Assembly (NCBI GenBank): GCA_963790335.1
Contig: CAWBOB010000003.1
Span: 33,825 to 97,824, forward strand
Origin: an uncultured Actinomycetes bacterium
GTDB taxonomy: Bacteria; Actinomycetota; UBA4738; HRBIN12
Length of the DNA stretch: 64,000 bases
Reading direction: 5' to 3'
The position numbers and the translations under genes are program-made. This document shows positions 41,052 to 49,857 of this stretch, one piece after another. Below the pieces are notes generated by a model. The model ran no database searches and was not told the DNA's origin. It was given only the letters and a program-made list of their open reading frames with translations. The stretch's first letter is position 1; each line of letters starts with the position of its first letter.

Positions 41052-41780
41052 ATGTGGGTGTTTCCCCTGGTCGCGGCCGTGCTCGCTGCGGCGTTCTCGG
41101 GGCTCGTCGCCAGGCGCTACGTCGCGCGCCGCCGCCCGTACCACCTCGCCTGGGCGCTCGCGCTCGCGATGTACGCGGCCGCATCCATCGTCGTGGCGGT
41201 CGGCATGGCGGGCAGCTGGACCCAGCGGGGGTTCCAGCTCTACTGGGCCCTCGGCGCCGTGCTCAACGTGCCGTTCCTCGCGGCGGGCGAGCTGATGCTG
41301 CTCGTGCGCAACCAGCGCGTGCAGATCCTGTGTTGGCTGGTGCTCGTCTTCATCACGGCGTACACCGTCTCGGTGCTCCGTGGAGCCTCGATCGACGCCG
41401 CCGGCCTCGCGAGCGATCTGCCGTCGGGCCGTGCGGTACTCGGCGCCGGGTCGGCGGCCCAACGACTTCCCCAGCGCATCTCGACGCCGTCCTACCTCGT
41501 GCTCGTCGCGGGTGCGCTCTGGTCGGCGTTCCGGGTGCGCGGGCGCCCCGAGCTACGGGACCGGTTCGTCGGCACCCTGCTGATCGCCGTCGGCGCCACC
41601 GTGATCGCTGGGCTCGGGTCGTACTTCGCGTTCCACGGCCGAGCGGTGGCGTTCTCCGGCGCCCTCGCGATCGGCATCGGCGTGATGTTCGGGGGGTTCC
41701 TGCGAGCGAGCCGAGCGACGCCTGCGCCCTCGGGAGAGGCGCCGGGGGTGCGCCAGATGCCAGCCCGATCCGAGCTCTGA
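41052..41780 (+). CDS. Multi-pass membrane protein
   Basis: About 7 hydrophobic segments. Confidence 0.75.
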   Translation: MWVFPLVAAVLAAAFSGLVARRYVARRRPYHLAWALALAMYAAASIVVAVGMAGSWTQRGFQLYWALGAVLNVPFLAAGELMLLVRNQRVQILCWLVLVFITAYTVSVLRGASIDAAGLASDLPSGRAVLGAGSAAQRLPQRISTPSYLVLVAGALWSAFRVRGRPELRDRFVGTLLIAVGATVIAGLGSYFAFHGRAVAFSGALAIGIGVMFGGFLRASRATPAPSGEAPGVRQMPARSEL

Positions 41781-41796
41781 CGAGCCGCTCTCGTTG

Positions 41797-42504
41797 TCAG
41801 GCCGCGGCGCTCTCGCTCGCCGACCACCAGTCCTGGCTCGACGGGGCGGAGGTCGGAGCCCCGGCCGGCTCGATCGCGATCCAGAGGTCGTCGTAGCGAG
41901 CCGGGTCGAACGGGATCGTGAGGAACACCCTGCCTCCGTCGGGCAGGAAGTCGCGCACGAACGTCGGCTCGCCGCCGGAGACGAGCCACACGCGGTAGAC
42001 GGAGCCAGCGGGCGGGGTTGGCACGTCCTCTCCGGCCACGTAGACCTGGTCCTCGCCGGGCGCGGAGATCTCCTGCACCGGTCCGACGTCGACCATGCGC
42101 GTTCCGTCGCGGGTCACGAGGCCGACGGCGTGTGCGAGCTCGGAGGCTCGTCCGGCGGCGTCGTCGGCCCTCATGCTCTGGCTCACGCTCAGCCCCGCGA
42201 GCCCCACCACGGCCGCGACGCCCGCGGCGACGGCGAACACCTGCATCGGCCGGCGCCGGGTCGCCCGGGGTTCGAGCTCACGGTGCAGACGGGGGAGCAT
42301 CGTCTCGGGCGGCGACACGGGTTGGGCCGCGAACGCGAGGTCGGCCGCCACATGCTGGTAGGCGTCGAGGGAATCCCGGCACGCCCGGCACTCCGGCACG
42401 TGATCGGAGAGCAGCAGGTCGGCCTCGTGGGCGTCGGGCCCCGACAGGCTCCGCAGCACGTAGCCGGCCAACAACTCCTCGATGCGCTCGTGGTCGTCGA
42501 TCAC
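41797..42504 (-). CDS. RskA-like zinc-finger anti-sigma factor
   Basis: HVPECRAC (HxxxCxxC), TM helix, YRVWL...IEPAG. Confidence 0.85.
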   Translation of the reverse strand: MIDDHERIEELLAGYVLRSLSGPDAHEADLLLSDHVPECRACRDSLDAYQHVAADLAFAAQPVSPPETMLPRLHRELEPRATRRRPMQVFAVAAGVAAVVGLAGLSVSQSMRADDAAGRASELAHAVGLVTRDGTRMVDVGPVQEISAPGEDQVYVAGEDVPTPPAGSVYRVWLVSGGEPTFVRDFLPDGGRVFLTIPFDPARYDDLWIAIEPAGAPTSAPSSQDWWSASESAAA

Positions 42505-43085
42505 GGGGCCTCCTGGATGGCGTGGGCCTCGTCGAGCACCGATCGCAGCTTGCGCATCGCCGCGAACGTTCGTGTCTTCACGGTGCCGAGAGGGATGCCG
42601 AGCTCCTCGGCGATCTGCACCTGCGTCCTGCCACCGAAGTAGGCCATCTCGAGCACCTGTCGTTGATCGGGGGAGAGCGTCTCGAGCGCCGCGCGGACCT
42701 CGATGCGACGGGCGGCCACGTCGGCCGCGTCGATCACGCCCTCCGCAGGGTCTTCGACCGCCGCGGGCTCGAGGTTCGCCGCCCGCTGCTGCCGGGCCCG
42801 GAGGCGCTCCTCGCGGCGCACCGTGTCGACCGCCCGATGATGCACCAGCGAGAGGAAGAACGAGCGGAAGGCTCCCCGGACGGGATCGAAGGCCTCGGGT
42901 GCGCGCCACAGGGCCATGAACGCGTCGTGCACGACGTCTTGTGCCAGGAGCTGCTGGCCGGTGATCCGGTAGGCGAGCCCGTACGCCGAGCCTGCATAGC
43001 GTCGGTACAGGGCGTCGAAGGCACCCCGGTCGCCGGCCGAGAGCTGACGATGCAGCTCCAGGTCGTCGCGGTCCCCCTCGCGCAT
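42501..43085 (-). CDS. ECF sigma factor (SigK-like)
   Basis: AFDALYRRY, DVVHDAF, HHRAVD, MAYFGG.TQ.QIAE.LGIPLGTVKTR. Confidence 0.92.
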   Translation of the reverse strand: MREGDRDDLELHRQLSAGDRGAFDALYRRYAGSAYGLAYRITGQQLLAQDVVHDAFMALWRAPEAFDPVRGAFRSFFLSLVHHRAVDTVRREERLRARQQRAANLEPAAVEDPAEGVIDAADVAARRIEVRAALETLSPDQRQVLEMAYFGGRTQVQIAEELGIPLGTVKTRTFAAMRKLRSVLDEAHAIQEAP

Positions 43086-43142
43086 GCGGCGTATCCTCCC
43101 AGACCCGTGAGGCGCCCCCGGCCGCCGGGTAGTGTCGCGTCG

Positions 43143-43376
43143 ATGAAGGTCGAGTTCTTCACCCGACCCGGCTGTCACCTCTGCGACGAGGCCAGATCGG
43201 TGCTCCTCGCCGAGCGCGAACGCGCGCCGTTCGAGCTCGACGAGATCGACATCGAGACCGACGGATCGCTCGTGCGGGAGTACGGGCTGCGCATCCCGGT
43301 CGTCGTCATCGACGGCGAGGAAGCCTTCGAATACGCCGTCGACCCTGCCGAGCTCGCGGCGCGCCTGCGCCCCTGA
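43143..43376 (+). CDS. Glutaredoxin-like protein
   Basis: RPGCHLC, IPVVVIDG; upstream of rex. Confidence 0.9.
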   Translation: MKVEFFTRPGCHLCDEARSVLLAERERAPFELDEIDIETDGSLVREYGLRIPVVVIDGEEAFEYAVDPAELAARLRP

Positions 43377-43455
43377 ACGGGCTGACGCTTGTGAGCTTGT
43401 GAACGGCCCATTCGAGCGTCTACCCTGAACCCATGCACCGGAGCCTGTCCGCGCG

Positions 43456-44142
43456 TTGAGGGAACGTTCGATCCCCGAGGCCACGGTCGGGCGTCTGCCC
43501 GTCTACCTCCGCGTGCTCGTGGATCTGGCGGAGGCGGGTTCGAGCACGGTCTCGAGCGACGAGCTGGCCGAGATGGCCGGTGTGAACTCGGCCAAGGTTC
43601 GCAAGGATCTCTCCCACCTGGGCACGTACGGCACCCGCGGCGTGGGGTACGACGTCGCCTACCTCATCCACCAGATCCGCCGCGAGCTCGGGCTCACGCA
43701 GCATTGGGCGATCGTGATCGTAGGCGTCGGGAACCTCGGTCAGGCGCTCGCGAACTACGCCGGTTTCGCCGAGCGAGGCTTCCGCGTGGCAGCCCTGGTC
43801 GACTCCGACGCCGCGCGGGTCGGACGGTCGATCGGTGGCCTCGAGATCCACCACGACGACGACCTTCCCGAGCTCGTGGCAGAGCTCGACATCGCGATCG
43901 GGGTGATCGCGACCCCTGCCTCCGCGGCTCAGGACGTGGCCGATCGATTGGTCGATGCCGGTGTGCGGTCGGTGCTGAACTTCGCCCCGGCGGTCATCAC
44001 GGTGCCGCCCGGCGTCTCCGTGCGCAAGGTCGACCTCGCGGTCGAGCTGCAGATCCTCGCCTTCTACGAGCAGCGGAAGGCGACGCTGGCAGAGGTGAAA
44101 CGTCGAGGCCGCGCCGTCGCCGATCTCGACGGCGCCGGGTGA
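43456..44142 (+). CDS. rex: Redox-sensing repressor Rex
   Basis: IPEATVGRLPVY, VRKDLS.LG.YGTRGVGY, GVGNLGQAL, LNFAP. Confidence 0.96.
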   Translation: MRERSIPEATVGRLPVYLRVLVDLAEAGSSTVSSDELAEMAGVNSAKVRKDLSHLGTYGTRGVGYDVAYLIHQIRRELGLTQHWAIVIVGVGNLGQALANYAGFAERGFRVAALVDSDAARVGRSIGGLEIHHDDDLPELVAELDIAIGVIATPASAAQDVADRLVDAGVRSVLNFAPAVITVPPGVSVRKVDLAVELQILAFYEQRKATLAEVKRRGRAVADLDGAG

Positions 44143-44145
44143 TCG

Positions 44146-44262
44146 CTACTTGGAGATGGTGACCCAGAGGGCGGCGAGGACCGCGAGGATCATGATGCCC
44201 ATCAGGATGAACTGCACGCTTCCCTGCTCGAGGAGGGGAAGCTCTAGGTTCGCGATCATCAT
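44146..44262 (-). CDS. 38-aa single-TM protein, last gene of the Rieske/cyt b operon
   Basis: AGGAG RBS; MMIANLELPLLEQGSVQFILMGIMILAVLAALWVTISK*. Confidence 0.65.
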   Translation of the reverse strand: MMIANLELPLLEQGSVQFILMGIMILAVLAALWVTISK

Positions 44263-44279
44263 CGTCTCCTCGTGATCGG

Positions 44280-45014
44280 CTAGGCGGGGCCGTACCAGGC
44301 GGGCGCGCCGCCACCCGTCAGGAACTCCTTGCGCTTCCGCTCGGCGCGGTCGAGCAGCGGCAGGAACGCCACGAACAGCACGATCGAGCCGCCCAGGAAC
44401 ATGTACGAGTAGCGCGGCACGCTGCCGGTGTCGTAGTAGAGCGAGACGGTCCACAGCGGCCCGCCGCCGGTGTAGTGCGATTGGATCACGGCGAGCTTCG
44501 TGTCGCCGTCGTTGGCGAAGCTGATGGAGTCGATCGCGAACTGGCTCCCCAGGATCGCGGTGGGGGCCGTCTCCTCGATGCCGAGCTCCTCGTTGGTCTT
44601 CTCGGCCAGGAACGTCGTCACCGCGCCGCCGGCGCTCTGCACGTCGGCGTTCGACGACTCCGCCTCTTCCCATGGTGCTTCGGGCCAGCTGGCGAACGCT
44701 TCGTACCGTTCCGAGGTCTCGTCGACCGCAGCTTCGAGGGCGATCCACGCCGGTTCGGCGCCGCGCGGTCCGAGGTTGGTGGGCGTCTCGAGACCTTGCG
44801 ACCAGAAGCCGAAGAGCCAGAGTGCGGACTGCAGGATCATCCAGCCCGAGAGCGAGACCATGAGCACCAGGAAGCCGAGCCACCGGCCGAAGATCGCCGA
44901 GAGCATCAGCATCGTGCTGAAGATGAAGAGGATGAAGCCCATGATCGTGACGCCGGCACCCTTCCACAGGGTGGCGCACTCGATCGTGAATCCCAGACAG
45001 CTGTGCTGCTCCAT
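44280..45014 (-). CDS. Membrane protein of unknown function in the Rieske/cyt b operon
   Basis: Two N-terminal TMs, acidic extracytoplasmic domain, C-terminal TM; abuts the cytochrome c stop. Confidence 0.8.
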   Translation of the reverse strand: MEQHSCLGFTIECATLWKGAGVTIMGFILFIFSTMLMLSAIFGRWLGFLVLMVSLSGWMILQSALWLFGFWSQGLETPTNLGPRGAEPAWIALEAAVDETSERYEAFASWPEAPWEEAESSNADVQSAGGAVTTFLAEKTNEELGIEETAPTAILGSQFAIDSISFANDGDTKLAVIQSHYTGGGPLWTVSLYYDTGSVPRYSYMFLGGSIVLFVAFLPLLDRAERKRKEFLTGGGAPAWYGPA

Positions 45015-45732
45015 CTACGGGTCCCTCGGGTTCACGGTCGATTCCTCGAGCGCTCTCGTCGAGGCTTCCTCGTTCAGGCACACGTTGTCCTCGAACGGCA
45101 CGTTCTCCGAGCTCATCTGCACGAGGTAGACGACGAGGTCGTTGATCTGCTGATCGTTGAGCGCGCCCTGGTAGCGGATGCTCCACGACGGCATGGCGCC
45201 GCGGCCCTCCTCGATCACCTGGTAGATGTCGTCCTGCGACATGATCGCGGGGTGGGGCGGATCGCCGAACGGTCCTGCGCAGATGTTCGTGAGGTTGGCC
45301 GATTGCACGACCGTCGCGCCCGCCTGGATCGCCTGACCGCGGAGCTCGGGGCCGTGGCAGCGCATGCATCCCACGCCGAGCTGGTTCTCCTCGGTGAAGG
45401 CCTGCACGGCGAGCTCACCGCGATCGGTGCCGATGGCGAGCAGCTCGTCTTCCTGACGCTGGTTCTCCGACGGCTCACGGAGCCAGTTGTAGGGGATGAA
45501 GATCGCGAAGAAGACCACGAGCACGATGCCCCAGCCCTGGAGCTTCTGGAGCAGTGGGGTCTCGAGGGCGGCGTCGGCCGGACCGGGCCGCATGCCGCTC
45601 GGGATGTCGAGCGCCTGCTCGGTCTGCCGGCTGCGGAAGTACAGGGCCATAGCCGGCCACCGCCACGAAGATCAGGCCGAGCACCAGCAGGATCACGCCT
45701 GCGATGCTCGTCGCCGCCACGATCCCACCCAT
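45015..45732 (-). CDS. Membrane-anchored cytochrome c (frameshift near 45652)
   Basis: CMRCH heme motif, AMP Met ligand; N-terminal TM in ORF 45475..45732. Confidence 0.85.
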
Positions 45733-45753
45733 CGTCGTCGCTCGCTCCTTCGG

Positions 45754-46473
45754 CTATCCGGTCGCCACGCAGAACGGACCCTGCGGGGGCTGGGAGACGG
45801 TGTCGGTGCCGCGCGGGGGTCCGAGGATGACCTCCGACGTGTCGACCACGACGTTGCCGTCGGTGATCTCGAGCTTGAACCGGTCCATGCCGCGGGGCGC
45901 AGGCCCGAGTTGGTACTCGCCGGCGCCGTTGTACTTGGAGCCGTGGCACGGACATTCGAACCACTTCGAAGAGCCGCAGTAGGGCACGCGGCACCCCAGG
46001 TGCACGCACCGCTGATACAGGGGCATGATGCCCTCTCCCGCGACGCCCTCGGCCGTGTAATCGACGCCACCGCTCGCCGCCCCGTTGTAGCCCACCACGT
46101 AGAAGCGCCCGGTGCCGTTGTACGCCACGCCGGCCGGTGTGTTGATCTCGGCCTTCAGGTCGTCGATGCTGCCGGCGTCGACGAGCGAGCCGAACCCGCC
46201 CTTCAGGTTGGGCCAGAGGAACGCGATCGAGGCGCCGCCGAACACGGCGCCGAACAGCATCAGCGAGTTCAACCACGAGCGGCGGAAGAAGTCACGGCGC
46301 GAGACCGCTGCGACCGGCTTGTCGGCGACCTCGATCTGGCCATCGGCCGTTGCCCGGGCGGCGCGGTTCGCTCGCACGAACGACAGGCCGAACACGATCG
46401 CGAAGATGTCGAGCACGACGAACGCGACGATCGCGGCGACGAGCGGCGCGGAGACTCCCACCAGGCTGCTCAC
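45754..46473 (-). CDS. Rieske iron-sulfur subunit
   Basis: Tat motif SRRDFF, CVHLGC, CPCHGSKY, GPAPR. Confidence 0.95.
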   Translation of the reverse strand: MSSLVGVSAPLVAAIVAFVVLDIFAIVFGLSFVRANRAARATADGQIEVADKPVAAVSRRDFFRRSWLNSLMLFGAVFGGASIAFLWPNLKGGFGSLVDAGSIDDLKAEINTPAGVAYNGTGRFYVVGYNGAASGGVDYTAEGVAGEGIMPLYQRCVHLGCRVPYCGSSKWFECPCHGSKYNGAGEYQLGPAPRGMDRFKLEITDGNVVVDTSEVILGPPRGTDTVSQPPQGPFCVATG

Positions 46474-47318
46474 AGCTCGAAGAACACCCCCTGCGCCCAC
46501 GGCCAGGTCCAGTTGTAACCGGGGCCGCGGAAGAAGGATCCGATGATCGTGAGGATGCCGCCGAACATGAACAGGATCGTGAACATGGTGATCGCGATCT
46601 TGCGGTCGCCTGGCTTGTTGCTCGGGTTGCGGTCGACGTAGGGCACCGCCGCCAGTCCGATGAGGATGAACGTCGGGATCGTGATGCCCGCCACCATCGG
46701 GTGGAAGTACCGCAGCAACTCCTGCAGGCCGAGGAAGTACCACGGTGCCTTCGACGGGTTCGGCGTGAGGTTCGGGTTCGCGAGCTCGCGCAGCGGCGCG
46801 TTGATGAAGGTCGAGAACAACGTCAGACCGGCCATGAGGATGAACATGGCCACGAACTCCTCGATCAGCAGGTGTGGCCAGACGTTCACCCGGTCGCCCT
46901 GCTCACGTTCGACCCGCTGGATGCCCTCGGGCGGCACCAACGCGAGGAGCCGGTGCTTGTCATCGGCGCCCTTCTTCGGTGTCGGAAGGTTCCCGGTCGG
47001 CAGCGGGGCCTCACGGACCGGGGTGGTGACCGAGGCGGCGACGGCCGCCGGAGCTCCGGCGGTGGCAGCCGCGGCGGGAGCGGCTGCTGGCGCTGCGGCG
47101 CCTCCGTTCCCTCCCGCGGCAGCGGCCGCTGCGGCCGCCGGCTTGGCCCCGGCGGCCTCGTGCTTGGCGGCTTCCTCGGGGTTGGCGACGCGGAACGCGC
47201 GCACGGCCGCCGAGCGCGCGCGCCCTTCGGCCACGCGGCGGTCGGTGCCCTTTGCGAGCTCGGCCTCGAGCGTGGAGTCGAAGACTCCTTGGTCGAGCGG
47301 GGTGTCTTCCTTCGCCAT
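46470..47318 (-). CDS. Cytochrome b6 subunit IV-like protein with Ala-rich N-terminal extension
   Basis: VWPHLL, ANPNLTPNPSKAPWYF (PEWY equivalent), PYVDRNP. Confidence 0.88.
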   Translation of the reverse strand: MAKEDTPLDQGVFDSTLEAELAKGTDRRVAEGRARSAAVRAFRVANPEEAAKHEAAGAKPAAAAAAAAGGNGGAAAPAAAPAAAATAGAPAAVAASVTTPVREAPLPTGNLPTPKKGADDKHRLLALVPPEGIQRVEREQGDRVNVWPHLLIEEFVAMFILMAGLTLFSTFINAPLRELANPNLTPNPSKAPWYFLGLQELLRYFHPMVAGITIPTFILIGLAAVPYVDRNPSNKPGDRKIAITMFTILFMFGGILTIIGSFFRGPGYNWTWPWAQGVFFEL

Positions 47319-47342
47319 GACCTCGTTCTTCCCCTGAGCCTG

Positions 47343-48113
47343 TTAGAGCGGTCCCGAGATGCCGCCGTCCTTGCGGATACGCCAGAAGTGCACCGCGAGG
47401 AAGATCACCAACACGAACGGCAGCGCGATCACGTGCAACGTGTACCAACGAAGCAGCGTCTCCGGCCCGACGACCACCCCACCGAGCAGCAGGAAGTTCG
47501 CCTGCTTCGCGATGAGCGGGGAGTATCCGGCCAGGGACGTGCCGACGGTGACGGCCCAGATCGCGAGCTGGTCCCACGGCAGCAGGTAGCCGGTGAACGA
47601 CAGCCCGAGCGTGAGGAACAGCAGGATCACGCCGACCACCCAGTTGAACTCGCGTGGCGGCTTGTACGCCCCGGTGTAGAACACGCGCGCCATGTGCAGG
47701 GTGACGCTGAACACCATGAGGTGCGCGCCCCATCGATGCAGGTTGCGCACCAGGTCGCCGAAGAACACCGACGTGCGGATGGCCTGCATGTCGCTGAACG
47801 CCTGCGCGCCGCCGATGTCGGCGGTCGGCCGGTAGAAGAACATGAGGAAGATGCCGGTGACGGTGAGCAGGATGAACAGGAAGAACGACAGCCCGCCCAG
47901 GCAGAACGTGTAGGTGAGCTTCAGCCCGTGGCGCTTCACCTTGACCGGGTGCAGATGGTACAGCACGTTGTTCATCGTCGCGAGGGCACGGTCGCGCGAG
48001 GTGTCCTTGTAGCCCTTGCGGAAGATCGACCCCGGCCGGAAGATCGACTTCCAGACCTCGGTGTCGCGCAGGCGCTCGCCGAGATCGCCCGGTGACGGCG
48101 GCTTCAGCTTCAC
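47343..48113 (-). CDS. Cytochrome b6-like (split cytochrome b, N-terminal part)
   Basis: YTFCLGGL (heme ci Cys), HRWGAH, HMARVF, REFNW, GYLLPWDQ, RKDGGISGPL. Confidence 0.93.
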   Translation of the reverse strand: MKLKPPSPGDLGERLRDTEVWKSIFRPGSIFRKGYKDTSRDRALATMNNVLYHLHPVKVKRHGLKLTYTFCLGGLSFFLFILLTVTGIFLMFFYRPTADIGGAQAFSDMQAIRTSVFFGDLVRNLHRWGAHLMVFSVTLHMARVFYTGAYKPPREFNWVVGVILLFLTLGLSFTGYLLPWDQLAIWAVTVGTSLAGYSPLIAKQANFLLLGGVVVGPETLLRWYTLHVIALPFVLVIFLAVHFWRIRKDGGISGPL

Positions 48114-48511
48114 TCGTCGACCTCCGCTTGCGATGTCGGAACCTCGGCCATCGTTCGCGTGCCGCCCTTGGAACCCTCGGGCAGTCGCGCATAGTACAGG
48201 GTGTCGGTCGGGCATCGGTCGACGCACACGGAGCAGCGCGTGCAGGCGAGGTCGTCGACCACGAAGATCGCGTTCGAGCCGCCGACCTCGTCACCGACCG
48301 CTTCCTGCTCGGCGCCGTCGACGATGTCGGGCGACAGCATGTAGATGCAGTTCCACGGGCAGACGTCTTCGCATGCCCGGCACAGGATGCAGTTGTCGGG
48401 GTCGAGCATCAGGTGCTTCGGCGACTTGACCCCCTGTGCGAGCCATGCGGGATCGACGGACTCCACGACGTAGTCATCGTGGATGTCGACCTCGGTCTTG
48501 GTGTACGCCAT
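48110..48511 (-). CDS. 2[4Fe-4S] dicluster ferredoxin
   Basis: CILCRACEDVCP and CTRCSVCVDRCP; stop overlaps the cyt b start. Confidence 0.92.
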   Translation of the reverse strand: MAYTKTEVDIHDDYVVESVDPAWLAQGVKSPKHLMLDPDNCILCRACEDVCPWNCIYMLSPDIVDGAEQEAVGDEVGGSNAIFVVDDLACTRCSVCVDRCPTDTLYYARLPEGSKGGTRTMAEVPTSQAEVDE

Positions 48512-48518
48512 CGCGCTC

Positions 48519-48944
48519 CTACCGGTATCCGCCGGTCGGACGGTTGTCGGATTGACCGCGGAGCTTGCGACGCCAGTTCTGCATGATCGCCCCGGCCACC
48601 ATCAGCGTGATGATCGGACCCGTCGACAGGCCCATCGCGATCGCGTCGCGCACCTGCAGCAACAGCTCGTCGTACACGGCCGGATCACCGCCGGGCAGCA
48701 GGGTCGGCACCTCGAGCAGCGCAGCCTCGATGTCGGTCGGTCCCTGCCAGCCGAACTTCTGCTCCGCCACGTACAGGAAGAACGACGGGAGCACCGAGGT
48801 CGAGATCAGCAGGAAGAACACCAGCCCGAGCGAGAAGACGACCGCGGTGGTCCAGGTCCACTCGAAGTCCTTCAAGAACGCCTCGACGCGCTCCCGTCGG
48901 GTCCGCGTGGAGTTGGATCGCGTCGTGGTCTCGACCTGGCTCAT
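48519..48944 (-). CDS. Two-TM membrane protein, first gene of the operon
   Basis: GGGAG RBS; two hydrophobic segments; ends GGYR. Confidence 0.75.
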   Translation of the reverse strand: MSQVETTTRSNSTRTRRERVEAFLKDFEWTWTTAVVFSLGLVFFLLISTSVLPSFFLYVAEQKFGWQGPTDIEAALLEVPTLLPGGDPAVYDELLLQVRDAIAMGLSTGPIITLMVAGAIMQNWRRKLRGQSDNRPTGGYR

Positions 48945-49027
48945 ACGCTCCCTGTGTCTGCTGAGGCGGGGGGATTATAGACACGTGCTCAGCGAAGCCG
49001 ACCTATGCGTCGACGGCGGGATCGAAC

Positions 49028-49045
49028 TCGTGAATCATTTCACAA
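49028..49045. promoter_or_regulatory. Rex operator
   Basis: TCGTGAA-TCAT-TTCACAA versus consensus TTGTGAA-N4-TTCACAA, in the divergent promoter region. Confidence 0.85.
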
Positions 49046-49121
49046 GCGCGCCGATACCATCTCTGCAGATGCTCGGGCAGATGCTCGGTCCACGGGGCGT
49101 GTTCGGCTGGGAAGCGGCCCC

Positions 49122-49856
49122 ATGGCACTGATCGCCGACGTGGTGCAGAGCGGCATCTCCTCGTGGTGGGCGCCTGCGCTGGCGTTCGCCGCGGGTCTGG
49201 TCTCATGCCTCAGCCCGTGTGTGTGGCCGCTGCTGCCGGGCTACGTCTCGTTCGTGGCGGGCGACCGCATCACCGACGAGGATCGCCGCCCGATCGTGCC
49301 GATGCTGCTGTTCATCGCCGGCTTCACGATCGTGTTCGTGCTGCTCGGCGCGTTCGCTGCACGCTTCGTGCAGGTCTTCCGTGGAACCGCCGGACAGCGC
49401 GTCGGCGGCGCGATCGTGATCGCGTTCGGCGTGCTGATGATCGGCTACGCGCTCGGACGCGGCTCGCTCGTGTTCTACGCCGAGCGCCGCCCGTTCCTCG
49501 AGCGCCTGCGTCCGGGCAGCGTCGGGGCGATGCCGCTCGGTATGGCGTTCGCCGCCGGATGGACACCGTGCATCGGTCCGGTCCTGGGCTCGATCCTCGC
49601 GATCGCCGCGGCGGGCAGCACCCCCCGGGCGGTGCTGCTGCTCGTGAGCTACTCGGCGGGCCTGGGTGTGCCGTTCCTGCTCGTCGGCCTCGGGGTCACG
49701 AGGTTCATGGGCGCCTTCGGCTGGATCAAGCGGCGATACACGGCGATCGCGATCACCTCGGGCGCGCTCATGGTGGGCATGGGTGTGCTGGTCTTCACGG
49801 GGCAGTTCACCCGACTCGTCGCGCCGCTCGCCCAGCGATTCACCCTCGGCCTCTAG
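49122..49856 (+). CDS. ccdA: Cytochrome c biogenesis protein CcdA
   Basis: LSPCVWPLLPGY, FAAGWTPCIGP. Confidence 0.93.
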   Translation: MALIADVVQSGISSWWAPALAFAAGLVSCLSPCVWPLLPGYVSFVAGDRITDEDRRPIVPMLLFIAGFTIVFVLLGAFAARFVQVFRGTAGQRVGGAIVIAFGVLMIGYALGRGSLVFYAERRPFLERLRPGSVGAMPLGMAFAAGWTPCIGPVLGSILAIAAAGSTPRAVLLLVSYSAGLGVPFLLVGLGVTRFMGAFGWIKRRYTAIAITSGALMVGMGVLVFTGQFTRLVAPLAQRFTLGL

Positions 49857-49857
49857 G

